NCBI GenBank assembly: GCA_033977065.1
Contig: JAXCHI010000003.1
Span: 288,001-352,000 of the forward strand
Reading direction: 5' to 3'
DNA length: 64,000 bases
Source of the DNA: Candidatus Algichlamydia australiensis
GTDB taxonomy: Bacteria > Chlamydiota > Chlamydiia > Chlamydiales > JAJFMI01
How positions within the stretch are numbered: position 1 is the stretch's first letter; every line of letters begins with the position of its first letter. The notes beneath the pieces were generated by a model. The model made no database searches, was not told where the DNA came from, and saw only the letters and a program-made list of their open reading frames with translations. The position numbers and the translations under genes were made by a program. This document shows positions 58,456 through 64,000 of the stretch, piece by piece.

Positions 58456-61329
58456 TTAGACTAGCGGGGAGTATACCATCTCCTCTTTTTCTGCGAAGTG
58501 GCTAAAATATTTTTGAAGCTCACCCTCCCAGTTTTGTTTTTGAGAAAGAGCTCTTGCCTGTGCCCATTTCAGGTGAGGATCAATAAACTGTGTGTTGATT
58601 GCTGGTGGTTTTCCTTTCAGGATATTTTCTGCTGCTCGTGGAGTAAAGGGCGAGGGGCTCTTTTTCGCCTCTTCAAAATAGCTGAGGTACGTTTCAAGAT
58701 GATTACCTGAAACTGAAAGGCGCTTACTCTCCTTGAGAATGAGCAAATCTTCTTTACAACCAAGAGTTTGTGCAATTTTTTGAAAGACAAGGAACGTTGG
58801 CCAGATGGGCAGGAGTTCATAGAGTTTGCTTCCTCCGATGTGTAAAAGCCCCTCTTCAGAGAGGTTTTCTATTTCTCCTTCGATGGTTACATCACCGACT
58901 TGCAACGCTGGTATGATCCATTTTTTTTCATGAAGTTTGTAGGGCGCTTCGCAGGAGGCTTTGAGTTCGACGGCAAAAAGAGTTGCATCAAAGGATTTTT
59001 TGAGAGGAGCAAGCTCCTTTTCAAGGCGCATGATCGCCACTTTTTCAAAGAGTCCCGAAGGAAGTTTTCCCGCTCGAGAGACTTCCTCTATTTGCAGTTC
59101 TCCGCGCAGTGATTGCAGTTGCATGGCGTTTTTCTCCCAAGGTGCAAGAAGAAACTCTTCATCATACTCAAAAGGGAGATGAATGTTTAGGGTCTCATTC
59201 AGGTAGAAGCGCAGAGGATTTTTTGCTAATTTTTTCAGTTGGTTAATGGTGATGGTGGTGGCTTTTTCTGGCTCAACTCCTTGAAAGAAGGGCTGGCGCT
59301 CTTGCTCTTCGCTCGCTTTGGAAAAATTTAAGGAAGAAAATTCTTTTATGGTCGCCTCTTTTTTAAAATATTTAGGATGAAAAGGATAGGAAGGATGCGA
59401 AGTGTGTAGATCCAATTCTAGGTAATCCATAAGCTCTTGTACTAAAAAGGAGACGCTCTGCTCACGCCCATCTTGAGGGCAGAGATTGGAATAGAAAAAG
59501 AGCAGCTTCTCTCTTGCTGAGATGAGAAGCTCTAAAAAGAGGTAGCGATCCTCTTCAGATGCGGTGGGTCCTAAATTTTGAGCTTGCTGCAGAGAGGAAA
59601 AAGTCTCTTGATGTGGGAACTTTTCCATTCCCAGTAGGGCAATCACTTTAGCTGGTCGCGCATTTCCAGATTTTAATGATGTAAATGTGATGCAATTTTG
59701 ATTCTGAGCGCGTACCCGATCACCAGAGCGCGCGAGATTGCGACGAATAGCTCGTTCGACGCTTGCAAAGCGGTAGGTTACGTCTGGAAGAAGCTCTCCC
59801 AAAATAGAAAAATCTTCTTGGAAGTCCATTGAACCGAGGTAGCGCTCACAAAGGGTATGAAAAAATTCTTTCCACTCTCGTAAGGTAAATTTTTTGGTTT
59901 CCATAGTGCGCAAATCCTCTCGCAAGGAGCGCACAGCTTGCAAAAATTTTCCCAGAAGCTCCGCTTCAGAAAGCTCGATCGGATGCGCGAGGTGCTCGGG
60001 CTCCTCTTCCATGGCTAGGCCAAAGAGAAGTCTGCGAAACGCCTCTTCCCAAGTACCAACACGATGGGTTTCATCATAGCCCCACTTCAGATGAACAGCT
60101 TCTAACCACTTTTCAATAGTTTTGAGCTCTTCATCAGTAAAGTGTATATGCTCTTTTACTGAGGCGAAGTGGAAAAAACGCAGGATCTCTTCGCGCTCCC
60201 AGGCGCAATTTTGTAGAGAGAAAAGATAGAGGAGCGCCTGCGCCGGATCGCTGCGCCGTGAAAAAGGAAGATCTTGAATTTCAAAGGGGATCGGCAGATC
60301 TTTCGAACCAAATGAGAGAGAGATGTGAGACTCATAGTCTGCGATTTTAGGCGCGAGTACCAATACATCGGAGGGCTGCAAGTCGGGATTTTCTGCAAAA
60401 AGATTAAGCAGGAGTGTTTTCAATACTTCAATCTCGCGCAACATTGAGCAGGCACTATGCAATTGGATCGAACCATCTTGCTCATAATTCGATTTTTGCA
60501 TCTCTAAAAGGTCTTTTTGTACGGTCTGCAAAAGTGTTGTGCTATTTGGCTCGGCAAATTTTTCTATGTAAGGCAGAGAGAGATCTTGGTAGTAAGAAAA
60601 AATTTCGCCGCCCATTTTGCCAAAGTTAGCAAGGAGCGGGTGATGAGAGGAGGTGAGCTCGGTAAATTGTGCAATCTCTTCTTTGGCTACGCCTTTTTTC
60701 TCATAAAACTTTATGCGATTTAAACGACTCTTATCAGAGAGCAGATCGCCCCAAAACTCTCTTGTGGGATTGAGAAAGTAGAATGTTGCCCGCGGCATTT
60801 TTGCAAAAAAATCGCGATAGAGTTTAGGGATGGCGCCAAAAACATGCACTTCAAGATCTTGCGGCTCAACTTCTGGCAGAAAATTTGCAGGAGCATCCCA
60901 GATAGAGAAGATTTTTTCATAAAGGCGTTTTTGCCAGCCATGCAAGAGAACATTTTCCGCCTTAGCATACCGTAAAAAGAGCTGGCTGATGTGGTCGGCA
61001 AAATCGCGCAGCTGTTTTGGTGTCTTGATGAGCTCTTCAAGCTCAGGAATTTTAGGAAGCTCACTCTCTAAATGCAGGGCGAGAGCGTTGGGCGTGGGAA
61101 AATGAGGAGAGTTGCCAGAAAGACGTAAAATTGCCTGCACACCTTGCGCGGGCTTGTAAAATTTCGCACCAAGTGCAACTCCCTTTTCAGTGGCAAGCTG
61201 CGCAAAAATGCTGCCTTTCATCTCATCACTGGGGGTAATCACAAATTTTCGTGAAAACCCCTTGTAAAGAAATTTTGAGAGTTCTTTTACAAGAATTTCT
61301 AACTGTTGACTTGCGATTATCGCTGACAC
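58456..61329 (-). CDS. recC: Exodeoxyribonuclease V gamma subunit
   Basis: NPTREFWGD, HPLLANFGK, SIQLHSACSMLREIEVL, EDRYLFLELLISAR, NPLRFYL. Confidence 0.93.
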   Translation of the reverse strand: MSAIIASQQLEILVKELSKFLYKGFSRKFVITPSDEMKGSIFAQLATEKGVALGAKFYKPAQGVQAILRLSGNSPHFPTPNALALHLESELPKIPELEELIKTPKQLRDFADHISQLFLRYAKAENVLLHGWQKRLYEKIFSIWDAPANFLPEVEPQDLEVHVFGAIPKLYRDFFAKMPRATFYFLNPTREFWGDLLSDKSRLNRIKFYEKKGVAKEEIAQFTELTSSHHPLLANFGKMGGEIFSYYQDLSLPYIEKFAEPNSTTLLQTVQKDLLEMQKSNYEQDGSIQLHSACSMLREIEVLKTLLLNLFAENPDLQPSDVLVLAPKIADYESHISLSFGSKDLPIPFEIQDLPFSRRSDPAQALLYLFSLQNCAWEREEILRFFHFASVKEHIHFTDEELKTIEKWLEAVHLKWGYDETHRVGTWEEAFRRLLFGLAMEEEPEHLAHPIELSEAELLGKFLQAVRSLREDLRTMETKKFTLREWKEFFHTLCERYLGSMDFQEDFSILGELLPDVTYRFASVERAIRRNLARSGDRVRAQNQNCITFTSLKSGNARPAKVIALLGMEKFPHQETFSSLQQAQNLGPTASEEDRYLFLELLISAREKLLFFYSNLCPQDGREQSVSFLVQELMDYLELDLHTSHPSYPFHPKYFKKEATIKEFSSLNFSKASEEQERQPFFQGVEPEKATTITINQLKKLAKNPLRFYLNETLNIHLPFEYDEEFLLAPWEKNAMQLQSLRGELQIEEVSRAGKLPSGLFEKVAIMRLEKELAPLKKSFDATLFAVELKASCEAPYKLHEKKWIIPALQVGDVTIEGEIENLSEEGLLHIGGSKLYELLPIWPTFLVFQKIAQTLGCKEDLLILKESKRLSVSGNHLETYLSYFEEAKKSPSPFTPRAAENILKGKPPAINTQFIDPHLKWAQARALSQKQNWEGELQKYFSHFAEKEEMVYSPLV

Positions 61330-61358
61330 CTTATCCCAACTTTGTTAGGATTGATCAT

Positions 61359-63065
61359 ATGTCTTTTTTCAAGAAAAAATCAACGCGCATTAAAGCTTTC
61401 TTCAACTCCCTCCCGTTCCGAAAAACAGAGGGTTTCGCAACGCGTAACGCTATCCACTTCCATAACTTGACACAGTTTGGTGGTGCGATGAATGACAACA
61501 TCTTTAAATTTTTGATTCTCTTCTTCCTGATCAGCATCAAAGGGGTAGATGACGCTTCACGCATTCTCTTCTGGTTAGGACTTGTCTATGTCGCCCCCTT
61601 TCTCCTCTTCTCTTCTGCTGCAGGCGTTCTTGCGGATCGATTTAGCAAATCGCGCATCATCGTCACGATGAAAGTGACAGAAATTGTCATCATTATTTTA
61701 GCTTTCTTTGCCTTCGCAGCAAAAAGTGAAATTAGTTGTTACGCGCTGATGTTTTTGCTCTCGATGCAAAGCGCTTTTTTCGGGCCACCCAAGTACAGCA
61801 TCATCCCAGAGCTCGTAGAAAAAAATCGCATCTCCAAAGCGAATGGCTGGGTCACCTCATTTACCTATCTGGCGATCATCGTTGGTACATTTCTTGCTAG
61901 CTTTGTCAGTGATATCCTCAACAAAAACTACCTACTTTCTGTAAATCTCTGCCTAGTTGTCGCCATTTTAGGCTTTATTACCTCTCTTTTCATTCCCTAT
62001 ACCAAGCCTAAGGGCACAAAGAAAAAAATTAATCCTCTCTTTGTCCGCGAAATTTGGAGAACAATGGTTGGGATAAGTGAGCGTCCTCACCTCTTTGTCT
62101 CCGTCATCGGTGCCGGCTTCTTTCTCTTTGTTGGTGCCTACATTCAGCTCTCGATCGTCCCCTTTGCGATTCAATCTTTGAAAATGGATGAGCAAGCGGG
62201 CGGATATCTCTTTCTGACAACTGCTCTCGGGATTGCTGTCGGAGCCTTTCTTGCAGGTCGGGTTGTGCGAAAAAGAATTGAATTGGGTATCCCCTGTGTT
62301 GCAGGCGTGTTGATGGGCTTTGGACTCATTTTTCTGGGTCTTTTTGCCAATAGCTTAACTGCTGTCATTACAATTCTTGTGATTCTCGGTTTCTTTGGAG
62401 GGCTCTTCATTGTGCCTTTTGAAACCTACATTCAAGCATTTAGCCCCGAAAAGCGCATTGGTCAAATAGTTGCCGCTGCAAACTTTCTCGGATTTTTGGG
62501 AGTAGCACTGGCTCCTTTTGCTATTGCTATCATCAATGGACTTTTAGGACTTAGCATGGCAAAAGGCTATGTTGTCGTGGGTTTCATCACTCTCATTGCC
62601 ACCCTACTCATTATGCTGGGATTATCGCGAGCCACACTCCACTTCCTTTCACGCTTTTTGGTCTTGCCATTTTGCCGCCCCCGCTTTGTCAAAAATCCTC
62701 TTAATAAAAAGGGGAATTTTGCCATCTTGCTTCCTGGACGCGGACGAGTCCTCACCTGGTTTCTAATGGGAATCTCTTCAGACGTCGAACTCTTTGTTTT
62801 AAAAAATCGCCGCAGCATCTGGGACTTTCTCTATTTTTTCACTGCCTCCTATCACTTCTACTACTACAAGCGCGATCCCAAAAAAGCTATGGATCGGCTT
62901 CTTGCAAGCGATCGCATGCGCAAGCAGAAAGGATCTATCTCCCTTATTGCTTTTCCATTTGAGAGCGAGAAAACAGCTCTTGAGCTTGTAAAAAAGGCTT
63001 CTCTAACACAAGAAAAATACCGTCTCAAACGAGACGGCAAAGAGATTACGTTTCAAAAAATTTAA
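61359..63065 (+). CDS. MFS transporter of the LplT/Aas-associated type
   Basis: TQFGGAMNDNIFK, AGVLADRFSK, QSAFFGPPKYSIIPE, ANG; multiple TM helices. Start at MSFF. Confidence 0.88.
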   Translation: MSFFKKKSTRIKAFFNSLPFRKTEGFATRNAIHFHNLTQFGGAMNDNIFKFLILFFLISIKGVDDASRILFWLGLVYVAPFLLFSSAAGVLADRFSKSRIIVTMKVTEIVIIILAFFAFAAKSEISCYALMFLLSMQSAFFGPPKYSIIPELVEKNRISKANGWVTSFTYLAIIVGTFLASFVSDILNKNYLLSVNLCLVVAILGFITSLFIPYTKPKGTKKKINPLFVREIWRTMVGISERPHLFVSVIGAGFFLFVGAYIQLSIVPFAIQSLKMDEQAGGYLFLTTALGIAVGAFLAGRVVRKRIELGIPCVAGVLMGFGLIFLGLFANSLTAVITILVILGFFGGLFIVPFETYIQAFSPEKRIGQIVAAANFLGFLGVALAPFAIAIINGLLGLSMAKGYVVVGFITLIATLLIMLGLSRATLHFLSRFLVLPFCRPRFVKNPLNKKGNFAILLPGRGRVLTWFLMGISSDVELFVLKNRRSIWDFLYFFTASYHFYYYKRDPKKAMDRLLASDRMRKQKGSISLIAFPFESEKTALELVKKASLTQEKYRLKRDGKEITFQKI

Positions 63066-63074
63066 AAAAGAGTT

Positions 63075-63186
63075 GGCTCTAGACTAGCAAATTCTAAATC
63101 TTCGCATGATTTTTAGAAATTCTTTCTCTAGATTTACATGCCTATTATTAAACCTAAATTCACACTTTTTAAGGTTTAGAAAAAAC
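63075..63186 (-). mobile_element. IS1595-family (IS1016-like) transposase C-terminal remnant with probable terminal repeat
   Basis: FFLNLKKCEFRFNNRHVNLEKEFLKIMRR* resembles the IS1595 C-terminal E.EFRFN.R motif; GGCTCTAGACTAG overlaps the stop codon. Confidence 0.65.
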
Positions 63187-64000
63187 TTCTGATAATATAT
63201 CCATTTGTGGAAAATATGGATATTTTGCTTTGTCAATGTACTCGTATCTGACAGCTTTTTCAATGACACAAGCAACTCGCACCACCCAACCTTTGGTCAA
63301 GAACCCTTTAGGATCTTTATCATGAAGTTTTTCAAAATAATTTATATATCTATTATTAAAAAATATACGATGACGGTTTTTTTGTAGTTTAATAACTCCA
63401 CCCAACTCTTTAATAAGCCAGTAAATATCTTTAGAATGGATTTTTCTATCAGGCTGATCAATAAGAACATCGGTTAAAGTTTTTCTGAACCTAAGTGATC
63501 TTCCAGTTAACTCCTCTGTTGGTATAAAAGAGATCGTTTGATTTTTAGTTTTAGCCAATAAAGATTTTTTTGACGAAGCAGATCGTTTTTGTTCTTTTGA
63601 GATTTTCCATCTTTCCTGTTCTTTTTCAATGAGAGCACTAATTTCATTCTGATCCTCTAAAGAAAAAATGGACTCTTCACCATTATCTGTCGGAGTCAAT
63701 TCTTTAACAGATGCACCACTATCTAAAATGCTTATATCTTCAGACTCAAAGAAATTTTCAGACGTTAAATTATTTTCGAGATTATATTCAGGAAACTTTT
63801 TTAATTGCTTTTTGATTTTTCGGTCAACGAGTTCTCTAGATTCGTCTTTCTCTTGCTCGACACTGATTGAGTTAGTTTGGTTTAAATCTGGGTCTGTGCA
63901 ATCTAATAAATTTTCTAAATTAAACTTTTTTAAGCTTAAGCCAGTATTTTCCATAATACCTTTGTCCTTCAAATAGAATTGGTTTATCTTTAGAATACCC
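63169..64000 (-). CDS. AT-rich hypothetical protein, partial (frame open to window end), C-terminal HicA-like segment
   Basis: No in-frame stop between 63972 and 64000; C-terminus DIYWLIKELGG...RHRIFF...KLHDKD...LTKGWVVRV. Confidence 0.65.
   Translation of the reverse strand, partial: GILKINQFYLKDKGIMENTGLSLKKFNLENLLDCTDPDLNQTNSISVEQEKDESRELVDRKIKKQLKKFPEYNLENNLTSENFFESEDISILDSGASVKELTPTDNGEESIFSLEDQNEISALIEKEQERWKISKEQKRSASSKKSLLAKTKNQTISFIPTEELTGRSLRFRKTLTDVLIDQPDRKIHSKDIYWLIKELGGVIKLQKNRHRIFFNNRYINYFEKLHDKDPKGFLTKGWVVRVACVIEKAVRYEYIDKAKYPYFPQMDILSEVFSKP

Overview
Bacterial chromosomal window, most likely from an environmental Chlamydiae lineage (inferred from the chlamydial-type 560-aa RpoD, the compact gspD-E-F-G cluster, the recC/recB/MFS and aspC/mreC neighbourhoods, and eukaryote-like effector genes). 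Most genes lie on the minus strand. The housekeeping backbone comprises a type II secretion cluster, copA, mutY (frameshifted), three tandem TagB/TagF-like phosphotransferases, mreC, aspC, tRNA-Ala(GGC), rpoD, rpsT, dacB, recD, recB, recC and an MFS transporter. The most striking accessory region is a ~21.5-kb five-gene operon between rpsT and dacB (26190-47638). It encodes two small paralogues with secretin-N0/STN-like C-termini, a 3997-aa protein starting with four tandem pesticin-like muramidase domains, a 2315-aa unknown protein and a DUF900-like hydrolase. Other accessory features are a degenerate DinJ/YafQ-type toxin-antitoxin pair missed by the ORF track, 32-bp repeats before an AAA/DUF4143 gene, and an effector-like cluster (methyltransferase-ankyrin, U-box, ankyrin) that contains a diverged duplicate of the recD 3' end. 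There is also a small tyrosine-motif protein between recC and recB and an IS1595-like remnant. All family assignments come from motif recognition by eye; no database searches were run.
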